From Flavobacteriales bacterium UBA972 (GTDB lineage: Bacteria; Bacteroidota; Bacteroidia; Flavobacteriales; Schleiferiaceae), in NCBI GenBank assembly GCA_002292855.1, contig DBBY01000042.1:3288-67287 (forward strand): 64,000 bases of DNA. The letters run 5' to 3'. A program made the translations under genes and the position numbers. How positions within the stretch are numbered: position 1 is the stretch's first letter; each line of letters begins with the position of its first letter. Positions 18,139 to 28,280 of the stretch are shown in pieces. The notes below the pieces were generated by a model, which was not told the origin of the DNA, made no database searches, and saw nothing but the letters and a program-made list of their open reading frames with translations.

Positions 18139-19203
18139 ATGCGCGAGCGAGTTCCTTTAGTTTCTGTGGTGGTGCCCAACTACCAGCACGAGCGCTATTT
18201 AAGGCAGCGCCTGACGAGCATTGCGGACCAAACCTTTCAAGACGTGGAGGTACTCTTGCTCGACGACGCTTCGACCGACGGGTCCTTGGCCCTGCTTAAG
18301 GAATTTGCAACAGGACGGCCCGGATGGTCGGTTCACCCCAATGCAGAAAATTCCGGCAGCCCCTTTGCGCAGTGGAACAAGGCCGCCTCGCTCGCCCACG
18401 GACGCTACCTGTGGATTGCCGAGAGCGACGACTACGCGGACCCCCTCCTGCTCGAGCGCCTGGTTGCTGTGATGGAGTCCGATCCCAACCTCGTAATCGC
18501 CTACGGCCAGTCCATGCTGGTCGATTCCGAGGACCAAGCGATGCACAGTTTTGACGTGCACTACCGCTACGTCTACGGAACCGAGGCCCAGCGCTGGGTT
18601 GAGGGTTACCGAAACGACGGCCTTCATGAGATTCGGCATTTTATGCTGCTGCACAACGTAGTTCCCAATGCCTCGGGGGCGCTCATTCGCCTCGAACCGT
18701 TTCGCGCTGTGGGCGGAGCCGACCCCAATTGGCGCCTCAATGGGGACTGGATGACCTACATCAAACTTCTCGAGCAGGGCGGAATCGCCTTTGTTCCTGA
18801 GGTGCTCAACTACTTTCGGGTGCATTCCGAAACAGCGCGCCAGAAGGCCAACGAAGGGGGCGACGTCTACCTCGAGCTGCTCGCACTGGTCGACTACATT
18901 GCCGCGAACCACCAACCCGACCAAGCTCGGCTTCGGCGCGCCTACCGAAATGTCGCGGCCTGGTGGACCCATTCGCTGTACCGACAAGATTGGAGCTCCG
19001 CCCGGCGAAGTGCAAACCTGCGCGTCAACCGTGTACTTTTTGCGCGATTTGTGCGCCTGCACCCGCTGGTACTGCTCCACATTCCCTACGAGGGCCTTGT
19101 GCGGGTGGCCGTATCAACGCTTGCCGCGCTAGGCCTCAAGGAACCCCTTCGGCGCGTCCTTCACCAGTTTTTTCCGAACCACTTTATGCCCCGCGCGACG
19201 TGA
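18139..19203 (+). CDS. glycosyltransferase family 2
   Basis: VSVVVPNYQHERYL..LLLDDASTDGS..WIAESDDY (GT-A fold, DxD). Confidence 0.8.
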   Translation: MRERVPLVSVVVPNYQHERYLRQRLTSIADQTFQDVEVLLLDDASTDGSLALLKEFATGRPGWSVHPNAENSGSPFAQWNKAASLAHGRYLWIAESDDYADPLLLERLVAVMESDPNLVIAYGQSMLVDSEDQAMHSFDVHYRYVYGTEAQRWVEGYRNDGLHEIRHFMLLHNVVPNASGALIRLEPFRAVGGADPNWRLNGDWMTYIKLLEQGGIAFVPEVLNYFRVHSETARQKANEGGDVYLELLALVDYIAANHQPDQARLRRAYRNVAAWWTHSLYRQDWSSARRSANLRVNRVLFARFVRLHPLVLLHIPYEGLVRVAVSTLAALGLKEPLRRVLHQFFPNHFMPRAT

Positions 19204-20045
19204 ACATTTCAGTCGTCATACCCTGCTACCTTAGCGAAGAAACCCTGCGCGAAGCGGTCGACAGCGCGGCCAAGGCCTATGAGGTGCTGGTCGTCGATGA
19301 TGCCTCGCCGGGCGGTTGCGCCGATTTGGTTCGCGGCTGGAACTGGCCCAACGTTCGGGTTTTGGTGCATCCCAAAAACCTGGGTTTGGGTGCCGCCCGC
19401 AACACCGGGTCCCGCGCAGCCTCGGGCGACTGGATTGCCTACCTCGATGCCGACGACGCTTTTGAGCCGCAGTGGCACGAGCGTCTGACTACTTTTTTAG
19501 TTCAAGCGCCCGAGGCAACCTGGGCCTACCACCCGGTGCGCGAATGGGACGGGCAGCATTTGGGAGCCATTCGATTCGGAGACCAACCCCGGCAAATCAG
19601 CGACCTGGTGCTTAAACGGCCTGCCATCGCCCCGAGCGCATGCCTGCTTCGCGCTGATATTGCTCGGGAGCATCCTTTTGACACCAACCAAAGGCTGCAA
19701 GGAACCGAGGACTTAGAGCTTTGGATGCGACTTTGGGCTCAGGGACTTCGCCCGATACGCTGGACCGACGAACCCTTCACCCGGTACCGAATAAACCATG
19801 GAATGTCTGCAGAGCTCGAGTCGCACAGCATCAAAATTCGGCTTCGATGGGCGCAGTTTGTGCAGCAAGGCTGGATACCTGAGGCCGTTTTAAAGCATGC
19901 CGAGGGGGAACTAATGCGCCAAAAGGCCCGAAGCCACCACAAGGCCGGGCGATTTGCTGAGGCCCAAAAGGCCTATTGGGCTGCGGGATTTACCTTCAAA
20001 AATGGGATTCTCGCGGCCTTGGCTACCCTGAAGATCCGAATTTAA
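19200..20045 (+). CDS. glycosyltransferase family 2
   Basis: [32 protein letters not shown] chose in-frame GTG 19200, which overlaps the upstream TGA (GTGA). The 18963 ORF extension overlaps the previous gene. Confidence 0.7.
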   Translation: MNISVVIPCYLSEETLREAVDSAAKAYEVLVVDDASPGGCADLVRGWNWPNVRVLVHPKNLGLGAARNTGSRAASGDWIAYLDADDAFEPQWHERLTTFLVQAPEATWAYHPVREWDGQHLGAIRFGDQPRQISDLVLKRPAIAPSACLLRADIAREHPFDTNQRLQGTEDLELWMRLWAQGLRPIRWTDEPFTRYRINHGMSAELESHSIKIRLRWAQFVQQGWIPEAVLKHAEGELMRQKARSHHKAGRFAEAQKAYWAAGFTFKNGILAALATLKIRI

Positions 20046-21268
20046 ATCCTATCGCGCAGGGCCTGATCAATGGCGTCCAGGAATTCCTCGGTGTAGAGGT
20101 AGTGCTCCCCGTGCTGCACGCTGTTGCCGTGGATGCAGACCGCTAAATCCTTAGTCATGCGGCCGCTTTCTACGACTTCTACGCATACCTGCTCGAGGGT
20201 TTCGCAGAACTGAATCAACTCGGCATTGCCGTCGAGCTTGCCTCGGTGGGCGAGGCCGCGCGTCCAAGCAAAAATGGAGGCAATGGGGTTGGTACTGGTC
20301 GGTTTGCCTTGCTGGTGCTGGCGGTAGTGGCGCGTGACCGTGCCGTGCGCCGCCTCGGCTTCCATGGTCTTGCCGTCGGGGGTTATGAGCACCGAGGTCA
20401 TGAGTCCGAGCGAACCAAAACCCTGAGCCACGGTGTCAGACTGCACGTCACCGTCGTAGTTCTTGCAGGCCCACACAAAGGAACCCTCCCACTTGAGGGC
20501 CGAAGCCACCATGTCGTCAATCAGCCGGTGCTCGTAGGTTATGCCTGCGGCCTCGTACCGGTCCTTGAACTCCGCAAGGTATATTTCTTGAAAAATATCC
20601 TTGAACCGCCCGTCGTACTTCTTGAGGATGGTGTTTTTGGTACTCAAATAAAGCGGCCACTTTTTGTCGAGTGCCATGTTAAAGCAACTCCGCGCAAAAC
20701 CCGTAATGGACTCGTCGGTGTTGAACATGCTCATAGCGACCCCATCGCCTTGAAACTGGTACACCTCCCAAGTTTGGGCGGCGGCGCCGTCGTCGGGCGT
20801 GAAGGTCATGGTCAGCTTGCCCTTGCCCTTAATGGTAGTGTCGGTAGCACGGTACTGATCGCCAAAAGCGTGGCGACCAATAACAATGGGCTTGTTCCAG
20901 GTCGTTACCAGTCTAGGTATGTTTTTAATGACAATCGGCTCCCGAAACACCGTGCCGTCGAGAATATTGCGGATGGTGCCGTTGGGCGACCGCCACATTT
21001 GCTTGAGGCCGAACTCCTTGACTCTAGACTCATCGGGCGTAATGGTCGCGCACTTGATGCCTACGTGGTACTTTTTAATGGCCTCCGCCGCATCCACAGT
21101 CACTTGATCGTTGGTGGCATCGCGGTGCTCCATTCCAAGATCGTAGTACTTTAAATCCAGGTCGAGGTAGGGAAGAATCAGCTTGTTTTTAATGGTGGCC
21201 CAAATGATTCGGGTCATCTCGTCGCCGTCAAGCTCGACGACCGGATTAACAACTTTAATTTTTTGCAT
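20042..21268 (-). CDS. icd: NADP-dependent isocitrate dehydrogenase (homodimeric, eukaryote-like type)
   Basis: 408 aa. [21 protein letters not shown]-terminus and GTVTRHYR. Confidence 0.9.
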   Translation of the reverse strand: MQKIKVVNPVVELDGDEMTRIIWATIKNKLILPYLDLDLKYYDLGMEHRDATNDQVTVDAAEAIKKYHVGIKCATITPDESRVKEFGLKQMWRSPNGTIRNILDGTVFREPIVIKNIPRLVTTWNKPIVIGRHAFGDQYRATDTTIKGKGKLTMTFTPDDGAAAQTWEVYQFQGDGVAMSMFNTDESITGFARSCFNMALDKKWPLYLSTKNTILKKYDGRFKDIFQEIYLAEFKDRYEAAGITYEHRLIDDMVASALKWEGSFVWACKNYDGDVQSDTVAQGFGSLGLMTSVLITPDGKTMEAEAAHGTVTRHYRQHQQGKPTSTNPIASIFAWTRGLAHRGKLDGNAELIQFCETLEQVCVEVVESGRMTKDLAVCIHGNSVQHGEHYLYTEEFLDAIDQALRDRI

Positions 21269-21302
21269 AGTGCTGGCTAAAATACCCCTTAAATAGGGAG
21301 AA

Positions 21303-23246
21303 TTACTCGATATCTAGTTGAAATTGCTCGCGAAAATCGTCTAAGTACGGATTTTTTTCAAGTAAAAATGCGAAGCGCTCGTCGGGGGTGTAGACCAGGC
21401 GTGCATTGACGGAACCCGCCTCCACCTGGGTGCGGACGGTTATGGAATCGTTGTTGAGGGCCTGACGCAAAAAGGGCAGAATTCGATCTCTCACGGAGTT
21501 GAGGTAGTCCTCCTGAAGCTCGTTCTCAAGGCTTACCCGCACAACCGATTCGTCTTCTAAAACCGGCTGCACCTGCTGTATAATGGCCTTTACCACCGGC
21601 AGGTCGTCCAGGGCACCAGCCGACTCCAACCATGCAGTCTCTAGGGCTGACTGGCTAAAGGGCCTGAGCTGGCGCTCCACGACCGCAGCCGGAATGCTTG
21701 CCTCAGTAGGGTCACCAGCCTGCTCTGGCGTTGCTGCAGGCTCCGTCGAATCGGCAACCAAATAGTCCGTTCCACCGAGGCCCTTGAGCGAAAAAGCCGT
21801 GCGATGAACTCTAGCGTTGGGAGTATTCGCCACTGCAACTGGGGCCACTGCGGCCGCAGGTAGGGAAGACGGAATCGGCTCTTGCAGGCTTGACAGAGCC
21901 GCAGATTCGACGGCAAAAGGCAGTAAATCGGACTCTGGCACGGGCTCGGGCTCCGACTTTTGCGCGGACTCTGGCTCGGACTCAGTCATTGGCTCGAGCG
22001 CAGACTCTGGCTCTGATTCAGTCATTGGCTCGGGCTCGACCGCTACCTCAATCACCGCTGCGGGCGATGCTTCTTGCTCTATGCTTGACCGCGAAGCATC
22101 CTGTTCTGAAATGGATGCAAGCTTGGACTCCAGTTCTTTGGCCGATGCCGATTGGGCTACTGAACTACTGGGCTTTTTTTTTTCGTCCGCCGGTTCGTCG
22201 AGAATCAAATCGAGCAGGGCAACCTCTACATGCCAGCGGGCATTGCTCGCGCTGCGGTAGCTGGCATCGGCCGCCACAAGACGCTTGAGGGCAGAGGCCG
22301 CGCGGGCAGCAGATACTTCGTGCGAAGCGTCGAGAAGAGCATTCTTTGCGGAATCCGGCAAATCCAAAAGGGCCACCGTAGCCGGGTGCTGGGCCAGCAA
22401 AAGTTCGCGGACGTAGCCCGCAAATCCCATTAAAAAGCGCTGAAGATCAAAACCCTCGTCCAAAACATCTTGAATTACGGTCAAAACCGAAGCCCGGTCC
22501 GCAGCCATAATCTGGTTCCAAAGCCCCACGTACAAACCACGGTCGACAAGCTGCAAATTGCGGCGCACCAGGTCATAGGTCAATGGTCCGCCCTGAGCAA
22601 AGGCAGCGATGCGGTCAAAAATCGAGAGGGAGTCGCGCAGGGAACCGTCTGCCTTCTCGGCAATGGCGTGAAGGGCCTCTTGCTCGGCGACCAGGCCTTC
22701 TTTGCCCGCAACCCACTGCAGGTGGTCGGCGATGTCGCTAATTCCGATTCGCTTAAAATCGAAAATTTGGCATCGTGAGAGGATGGTCGGCAGCACCTTG
22801 TGCTTTTCGGTGGTCGCCAAAATAAAAATGGCATGCGCGGGCGGCTCCTCCAAGGTTTTAAGGAATGCGTTGAACGCGGCCTGAGAGAGCATGTGCACCT
22901 CGTCGATGATGTAGACCTTGTACTTGCCCATTTGCGGAGCAAAACGCACTTGATCGATTAGTTGCCTAATGTCATCGACGGTATTGTTGGACGCTCCATC
23001 GAGCTCAAAAATATTGAGGCTGTAGTCTAGGCCTTCGCCGGTGTGGACTTCGTTAATTCGGCGGGCTAAAATCCGCGCGCAGGTCGTCTTACCTACCCCT
23101 CTCGGACCCGTAAAAAGCAGAGCCTGAGCGAGTCGCCCGGTCAGAACCTCATGCTCCAGGGTTTCGGTAACGTGCGCCTGGCCCACCACCGACTCAAAGG
23201 CGGCAGGGCGGTATTTGCGGGCGGATACCAGGTAGTTATTTTCCAT
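21303..23246 (-). CDS. dnaX: DNA polymerase III subunit gamma/tau
   Basis: ARKYRP..FESVVGQ, Walker [23 protein letters not shown] sensor. Low-complexity acidic linker and a conserved C-terminus. ATG 23246 preferred over TTG 23261. Confidence 0.9.
   Translation of the reverse strand: MENNYLVSARKYRPAAFESVVGQAHVTETLEHEVLTGRLAQALLFTGPRGVGKTTCARILARRINEVHTGEGLDYSLNIFELDGASNNTVDDIRQLIDQVRFAPQMGKYKVYIIDEVHMLSQAAFNAFLKTLEEPPAHAIFILATTEKHKVLPTILSRCQIFDFKRIGISDIADHLQWVAGKEGLVAEQEALHAIAEKADGSLRDSLSIFDRIAAFAQGGPLTYDLVRRNLQLVDRGLYVGLWNQIMAADRASVLTVIQDVLDEGFDLQRFLMGFAGYVRELLLAQHPATVALLDLPDSAKNALLDASHEVSAARAASALKRLVAADASYRSASNARWHVEVALLDLILDEPADEKKKPSSSVAQSASAKELESKLASISEQDASRSSIEQEASPAAVIEVAVEPEPMTESEPESALEPMTESEPESAQKSEPEPVPESDLLPFAVESAALSSLQEPIPSSLPAAAVAPVAVANTPNARVHRTAFSLKGLGGTDYLVADSTEPAATPEQAGDPTEASIPAAVVERQLRPFSQSALETAWLESAGALDDLPVVKAIIQQVQPVLEDESVVRVSLENELQEDYLNSVRDRILPFLRQALNNDSITVRTQVEAGSVNARLVYTPDERFAFLLEKNPYLDDFREQFQLDIE
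21964..22035. repeat. 2 x 36-bp tandem repeat inside the dnaX linker (encodes [11 protein letters not shown][L/Q] twice)
   Basis: 21964-21999 and 22000-22035 differ at only a few positions. Confidence 0.8.
22157..22184 (-). other. candidate recoding site in dnaX: A10 run (GAA AAA AAA AAG) followed by TAG in both alternative frames
   Basis: T10 on the plus strand at 22174-22183. The -1 frame reads GCC CAG TAG (22173-22165). The +1 frame reads AGC CCA GTA GTT CAG TAG (22174-22157). Confidence 0.35.
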
Positions 23247-23258
23247 TGGAGCGGACTG

Positions 23259-23266
23259 CAAACCTA
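23259..23266 (-). promoter_or_regulatory. -7 box TAGGTTTG, 12 nt upstream of the dnaX ATG
   Basis: Exact TAnnTTTG match between the upstream gene's stop (23271) and dnaX. Confidence 0.35.
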
Positions 23267-23270
23267 CGGA

Positions 23271-23897
23271 TTAGAATGCGATTGGCCACAGCCAAGAAAG
23301 GGCAAAAAACGCTGCTTGAGCGAGTAAAATTGGACCTGCCAAGCGGTTTGATCCAAGGCCCTTACCCACGATCCACTGGGCGATTAAGGCCACCACAAAC
23401 CATGAGAGGTAGTTCTGCCAGGGGGCGATTCCGCCGGCAAAAATCCAAAGGCGGTGCGCGTGGGCAACCGGCTCAATGAGAACGTCCAGTGCAAGCATCA
23501 GGGCCGAGGCGAGTAAGGCTCGCTGAAGCCTGCTGCCGTTGTCTAAAAATTGAGCTACAAAAGACCCCGACGCCAGCGTCAGCATTACCCAATTTACTCC
23601 GATTAACCATGGCGTTTGGAGCACCTTAGGTCCTAGGCCTTCGAGGTAGACGTAGTTGCCGAAGGGGTACCCCGTATTGACTCCAATTACTTCGACGAGC
23701 AAGCCCAGGGCAAATACCGCCAAAAGTGCCCCCTTTAGAAATTCCGATTTGCTGCTAAACGAGAAGAGAAGGCCAAAACTGACCAATAAATGCACGGGCG
23801 TGAGCAAAACCATCCAGTCGGCAAAATCCGTTCGAAGGCCTACAGCACCCACTAAATGGGTTACTACTACGATGAGAAGCGCAACTCGGTAAGACAT
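23271..23897 (-). CDS. integral membrane protein, carotenoid-biosynthesis-protein (DUF422)-like
   Basis: About 208 aa with 6-7 TM helices. The family assignment is from memory of the N-terminal pattern only. ATG 23897 chosen. Confidence 0.4.
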   Translation of the reverse strand: MSYRVALLIVVVTHLVGAVGLRTDFADWMVLLTPVHLLVSFGLLFSFSSKSEFLKGALLAVFALGLLVEVIGVNTGYPFGNYVYLEGLGPKVLQTPWLIGVNWVMLTLASGSFVAQFLDNGSRLQRALLASALMLALDVLIEPVAHAHRLWIFAGGIAPWQNYLSWFVVALIAQWIVGKGLGSNRLAGPILLAQAAFFALSWLWPIAF

Positions 23898-23900
23898 AGT

Positions 23901-23908
23901 CAAAGGTA
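23901..23908 (-). promoter_or_regulatory. -7 box TACCTTTG, 3 nt upstream of ATG 23897
   Basis: Exact TAnnTTTG match. Confidence 0.4.
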
Positions 23909-23947
23909 GGGTTGAACACTTTGGATGCCCTAAGCGTTCGTGATTAA

Positions 23948-24418
23948 ATGAAACCAGAACAACGTTTACTATGGCTAGGAATTGGGGCAGTAGCCGCAGG
24001 CCTAATCCTGTCGATGCTGTTCTTTGAGCCCGCCGAGCCTGAAACTTCCTACACCACGCAAATTCAGTCCAACCGCTTGCTCTTCTTCAAAAACATCCGC
24101 AGCTCAGGCTACGACCTCATCGAGGGCGATGGCATTCAGGTATTTGCACCAAAAGACCGCAGCGACTCGGGCTGGTACCAAATAATCGTGCACTGGCGCG
24201 CGGACCAAGCCCATATTCTTTGGGCGTCGAGCGAGGATTCAGCCAAGAACCCGGCCGCCAATTTGACTTTTTGCGAAGGAGTTTTGGGCGACAGCATCGC
24301 ACAGAATAGGTATTGGAACAGTGCTCTGAAGGAGCTCGCCGAGTCACCCAATCCGCATTATGCGCTGCGGGATTACTTTGAACTAATAGACCGGCTGCCT
24401 AAAGTTCAGAATTATTGA
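23948..24418 (+). CDS. hypothetical membrane-anchored protein
   Basis: 156 aa with one N-terminal TM ([20 protein letters not shown]). No family recognised. Confidence 0.55.
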   Translation: MKPEQRLLWLGIGAVAAGLILSMLFFEPAEPETSYTTQIQSNRLLFFKNIRSSGYDLIEGDGIQVFAPKDRSDSGWYQIIVHWRADQAHILWASSEDSAKNPAANLTFCEGVLGDSIAQNRYWNSALKELAESPNPHYALRDYFELIDRLPKVQNY

Positions 24419-24461
24419 GTATTATTTCTTATCTTCGCGCCCCTTTAAAGGAAACTTTCCA

Positions 24462-24797
24462 ATGAAACAATACGAAACCGTTTTCATCCTAAATCCCGTC
24501 TTGTCTGATGATCAGATAAGGGAAACGGTGGATAAATACACCAACAGCATTAAAGCTGCTGGTGGCTCCATCATCAATGTAGAACGTTGGGGGCTGCGCA
24601 AGCTTGCCTACCCAATCAACAAGAAGATGACCGGATTCTACAACCTTGTAGAGTTCACGGCACCTTCTACCCTGATAGCTACCCTTGAGGTAGATATGAA
24701 GCGTGACGAACCCGTTCTGCGGTTCTTAACAATAGCCCTCGACCAGCACGGTGTAGCTTATGCCGCAAAACGTCGCGAAAAGGTTAAAAACGCCTAA
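24462..24797 (+). CDS. rpsF: 30S ribosomal protein S6
   Basis: [24 protein letters not shown]. Confidence 0.95.
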   Translation: MKQYETVFILNPVLSDDQIRETVDKYTNSIKAAGGSIINVERWGLRKLAYPINKKMTGFYNLVEFTAPSTLIATLEVDMKRDEPVLRFLTIALDQHGVAYAAKRREKVKNA

Positions 24798-24800
24798 GCC

Positions 24801-25094
24801 ATGAGTACGACTACACCACTAGAGCCCACAGGCACCAGCGAAATTCGCTACCTGCAGCCTATTGCTATTGATTCGTCGGTGACGAAGAAGTATTGCCGAT
24901 TCAAGAAATACGGCATTAAGCATATTGACCACAAAGACCCCGACTACCTATTGCGTTTTGTAAACGAGCAGGGAAAGATTCTTCCGCGTCGTCTTACTGG
25001 AACATCGTTAAAGTACCAGCGCAAATTGGCCCAGGCCATCAAGCGCGCGCGCCATCTTTCTCTGATGCCGTACGTAGCAGACAACCTTAAATAA
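24801..25094 (+). CDS. rpsR: 30S ribosomal protein S18
   Basis: ..[49 protein letters not shown]. Confidence 0.95.
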   Translation: MSTTTPLEPTGTSEIRYLQPIAIDSSVTKKYCRFKKYGIKHIDHKDPDYLLRFVNEQGKILPRRLTGTSLKYQRKLAQAIKRARHLSLMPYVADNLK

Positions 25095-25103
25095 ACGGAC
25101 GTC

Positions 25104-25559
25104 ATGGATGTTATTTTAAAGCAAGACGTTGAAAACCTTGGTTTCAAGGACGACGTTGTATCAGTAAAGAACGGTTTCGGCCGCAACTACTTGATTCCAC
25201 AAGGCTTCGCAATTCTTGCGACCGGTTCAGCCAAAAAAGATTTGGCCGAAGACCTTCGCCAGCGCGCCCACAAGGAAGCTAAAATGGTGGATGCCGCCAC
25301 AAAGACCTCAGAAGCCCTGCGCAATGTGGAACTGAAGATCGAAGCCAAGGCTGGACTCGGCGGTAAGCTCTTTGGAGCCATCACCAACCAAGACGTGGCA
25401 GATCACCTCAGTAAGCTCGGTCACCAAATCGATAAGAAGTTCATTCAAATTGCCGGCGGATCCATCAAGGTCTCTGGCAAGAACAGCGCAAAGGTTCGCC
25501 TTCACCGCGATGTAGTGATTGACTTTCACTTCGAAGTGATTCCGTCCACCGAAGCATAA
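25104..25559 (+). CDS. rplI: 50S ribosomal protein L9
   Basis: MDVILKQDVENLGFKDDVVSVKNGFGRNYLIPQG. Confidence 0.95.
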   Translation: MDVILKQDVENLGFKDDVVSVKNGFGRNYLIPQGFAILATGSAKKDLAEDLRQRAHKEAKMVDAATKTSEALRNVELKIEAKAGLGGKLFGAITNQDVADHLSKLGHQIDKKFIQIAGGSIKVSGKNSAKVRLHRDVVIDFHFEVIPSTEA

Positions 25560-25580
25560 GCCTCGAAACAATTTGTTGAA

Positions 25581-25613
25581 AGCACCCCGCCATGAGCGGG
25601 GTGCTTTATTTTT
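25581..25613 (+). terminator. rho-independent terminator of the rpsF-rpsR-rplI operon
   Basis: AGCACCCCGC-catga-GCGGGGTGCT followed by TTATTTTT. Confidence 0.8.
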
Positions 25614-25620
25614 ACACCCT

Positions 25621-27498
25621 ATGAACGCCGCACGACCATCCTGGATCGCCTTCGTTGCAGGGGCCCTTTTTGCCGCTGTTCCTATGCTGCCGGTGGCACA
25701 AAAATTAGGAGACAGCTCGCATTGGCCCATGCACCTGGCCGCCGGCTTCCTCATAATCGGACTGCTCGCAGTGGCGCATCGAGGTGGCACGTCGCAGTCG
25801 TCCCTGCCCAATTTGAGCACTTGGAGTGCGCTCTTGCTGCTTGCCATCGCCGTGAGCGGATTTTGGACCGTACCCCTCTTTGCAGCCAGTGAGGCAAAAT
25901 TGGCCGTGGGCCGGTACGCAGGCTACGCCGCCGCCGCCTTAATCGGTTGGCGGTATGGACTCCGTGCGCTCCCTACCCTAGCATGGGGCATTTTAGGCGC
26001 TGCCATGGTTGAAGGATTTTCGGTGCTCGCGGACTTTGGGCAATCCACCAAGGCCATGGCCGACCCCTACCTGGCACCCGGAATTTTGGGGCACAAAAAC
26101 TTCACGTCTTCGGCCATAGCCCTAGCCATTCCGGCCGCCTGGTACCTCTGGGGACGAAGCCAGAGCAGCGCGAAGAATGCGGCCTTAGCCGTCGGAATTC
26201 TGGCCCTGCTCGCCATCGTTCTGCTGCGCACCCGGAGCATCTGGATTGGTGCGGCCCTGTGGCTCCTTTTTAGCTTGGCTCGAAACATCCGCTCCTGGAA
26301 GCCTCTTTTGGGGGCTTCGCTTCTTGGACTTGTACTTATTGCGGCGGTGGTCTCCCGCCCAAAAATCCGCGAGGCCTTGATGGACCCCACCAACCTTCGC
26401 ATTCGCAAAGTATTCTGGGACCATTCCCTAGCAATGATTAAGGCAGCGCCCTGGACGGGTGTGGGCGCCGGACAATGGCGAATCCACTTCCCGGGCTATG
26501 GCCTTCAGGGCATGAATCCTTCGGTGGCAGAGGGGATTACCGCCGAAGTTCGTCCCCACAACGACGCTCTTTGGATTGCCTCCGAGCAGGGCCTGCCGGG
26601 CCTGGCATCGTGGCTGCTGCTTTGGGGCGGACTCCTTGTTTCTTGGTTTAAAAACCGCCGAGAAGACGGCGCCGACCTGGTGGCCGGTCTTGGGATTATC
26701 GTATTGACCTACAGCATGTTTGAGTTCCCCCTAGAGCGGGCTGCCGTTTGGATTCCGTTTATGCTTGCCCTCGGTATGCTCACACCAAGCCGCTCGAGCG
26801 AGGCCAAGAGTCCAAACCTATGGATCGGGAGCATCGCCATTGCCGCACTGGCCCTCGCCTACCTTAACGCCTCGAGAGAAGGTTTGTCGTCAGAACAGGA
26901 CCAGCAAGAATTACTTGCCTTAAACGAGCGTCAGGACGCACTGCGCTTGCTGCCTGCAGCCGTTCAAAGCCTCGACGCTTGGACTGAACTCGACCGCTTT
27001 GGCAACCCATCGCCCTACTTTGCAGGCATGTCTTCGATGGCTCTCGAGGCCCAACGGGGACCGATTACCACAACCAGTTTTGCCCAGGCCCGGTCCTACT
27101 TTGAGCAATCGTTGGAGCTGCATCCTAACCACGTGGTTACCTGGTACCAATTGGGCAACCTCTACCGATACCAGGGCAATGCCCTTGAAGCGGAATCAAC
27201 CTACCGCAAATTGCTCCAGCGATCGCCACGGCATCCCGGAGGCCAAATGCACTTGGCTCATGCGCTGCTGGCACAAAACCGAGCCGAAGAAGCAGCCTCC
27301 GTGCTGTTTTCTGCCTTTGGCAGCGAAGCCTACTACCAGCAAGCGGACTACCGAAATGCCGCCATTCAAGCCCTTAGGCTCTGCCCCGACGCCGTAAAGC
27401 ACCGCGACGTGAACCAGGTACTTAGGCTGCGCGCAGGCCTCGACGACCAGGCGCTCTTTGAAGCGTTTTTGGCCGAGAAAAGGAAGTTCTTGCGCTAG
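25621..27498 (+). CDS. O-antigen ligase (Wzy_C)-family membrane protein with a C-terminal TPR region
   Basis: Polytopic N-terminal 400 aa with RPHNDALWIASEQG (O-antigen ligase loop). The C-terminus has TPR-like repeats (WYQLGNLYRYQGNALEAESTYRKLL). Confidence 0.7.
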   Translation: MNAARPSWIAFVAGALFAAVPMLPVAQKLGDSSHWPMHLAAGFLIIGLLAVAHRGGTSQSSLPNLSTWSALLLLAIAVSGFWTVPLFAASEAKLAVGRYAGYAAAALIGWRYGLRALPTLAWGILGAAMVEGFSVLADFGQSTKAMADPYLAPGILGHKNFTSSAIALAIPAAWYLWGRSQSSAKNAALAVGILALLAIVLLRTRSIWIGAALWLLFSLARNIRSWKPLLGASLLGLVLIAAVVSRPKIREALMDPTNLRIRKVFWDHSLAMIKAAPWTGVGAGQWRIHFPGYGLQGMNPSVAEGITAEVRPHNDALWIASEQGLPGLASWLLLWGGLLVSWFKNRREDGADLVAGLGIIVLTYSMFEFPLERAAVWIPFMLALGMLTPSRSSEAKSPNLWIGSIAIAALALAYLNASREGLSSEQDQQELLALNERQDALRLLPAAVQSLDAWTELDRFGNPSPYFAGMSSMALEAQRGPITTTSFAQARSYFEQSLELHPNHVVTWYQLGNLYRYQGNALEAESTYRKLLQRSPRHPGGQMHLAHALLAQNRAEEAASVLFSAFGSEAYYQQADYRNAAIQALRLCPDAVKHRDVNQVLRLRAGLDDQALFEAFLAEKRKFLR

Positions 27499-28253
27499 GC
27501 CAACCGAAGGCTGACCGGGCAATGGTCGCTGCCGTAGACCTCATTGTGTATTTCGGTCGATGCAACCCGGTCCATGAGCCGGCGCGAAACCAAATGGTAG
27601 TCCAGGCGCCAGCCGATGTTTTTGGCGCGGCCTCCGCTTCGCATGCTCCACCAGGAATACTTGACCACTCCTGGGTTTTGCTCGCGCCAGGAATCGACAA
27701 AGCCTGCGTCCAGCAAAAACTGAAGTCCGTCTATTTCGCTTTGGGTATAACCCGGCGTTCGGTTGTAGTTGGGCTGCGGATGGCTCAGATCAATGGGTTG
27801 GTGTGCCACGTTTAAATCGCCACAGAGCACCACCGGCTTTTTGGCATCAAGCCCCTTGAGGTATGCAGTCAGGTCGCGGTCCCAACGAGCCCGCTGCGGA
27901 ATTCGCGACAGGTCGCCCTTGGAATTGGGCACATAGGTCGTCACCACGTAGAGGTCCTGAAACTCTGCCGTGATGACCCTGCCCTCGCCTTCGTGCTCCT
28001 CCACTCCCATGCCGTAGGAGACGCTGATCGGCTTGATTTTACTAATTATGGCCGTACCCGAATAGCCCTTTTTGTCGGCCTCGTGCGCGACGACGTGGTA
28101 GCCGAGTCCGTCCAAGACCTCTTTGGCCTGATCCACCGTGCACTTAATCTCCTGAAAACCCATTACGTCGGGGTTGAGTCCGCGCACAATCTCGTGCAAT
28201 CCTTTGCCAGCAACTGCCCGAAGGCCGTTTACGTTCCAAGAAATAATGTTCAT
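27495..28253 (-). CDS. xth: exodeoxyribonuclease III
   Basis: MNIISWNVNGLRA..QEIK..GDLNVAH..WSMRSG..GWRLDY..SDHCPV. Start at internal ATG 28253. Confidence 0.9.
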   Translation of the reverse strand: MNIISWNVNGLRAVAGKGLHEIVRGLNPDVMGFQEIKCTVDQAKEVLDGLGYHVVAHEADKKGYSGTAIISKIKPISVSYGMGVEEHEGEGRVITAEFQDLYVVTTYVPNSKGDLSRIPQRARWDRDLTAYLKGLDAKKPVVLCGDLNVAHQPIDLSHPQPNYNRTPGYTQSEIDGLQFLLDAGFVDSWREQNPGVVKYSWWSMRSGGRAKNIGWRLDYHLVSRRLMDRVASTEIHNEVYGSDHCPVSLRLA

Positions 28254-28280
28254 TGGCCGAAGGTACATTACCTTACCGCT

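Noticed and set aside
18199-19080. Long antisense ORFs: 293 aa here, plus 20246-21154 (302 aa), 29183-30169 (328 aa), 57205-57894 (229 aa), 49528-50178 (216 aa), 10221-10769, 12424-12963 and 37956-38373.
   Set aside because: Each lies wholly inside, and opposite to, a gene with strong family motifs (GT2, icd, icmF, map, folE, MFS, acn). Their compositions are Arg/Gly/Pro/Val-heavy, as expected for stop-poor antisense frames in GC-rich DNA. None has its own motifs or start context.
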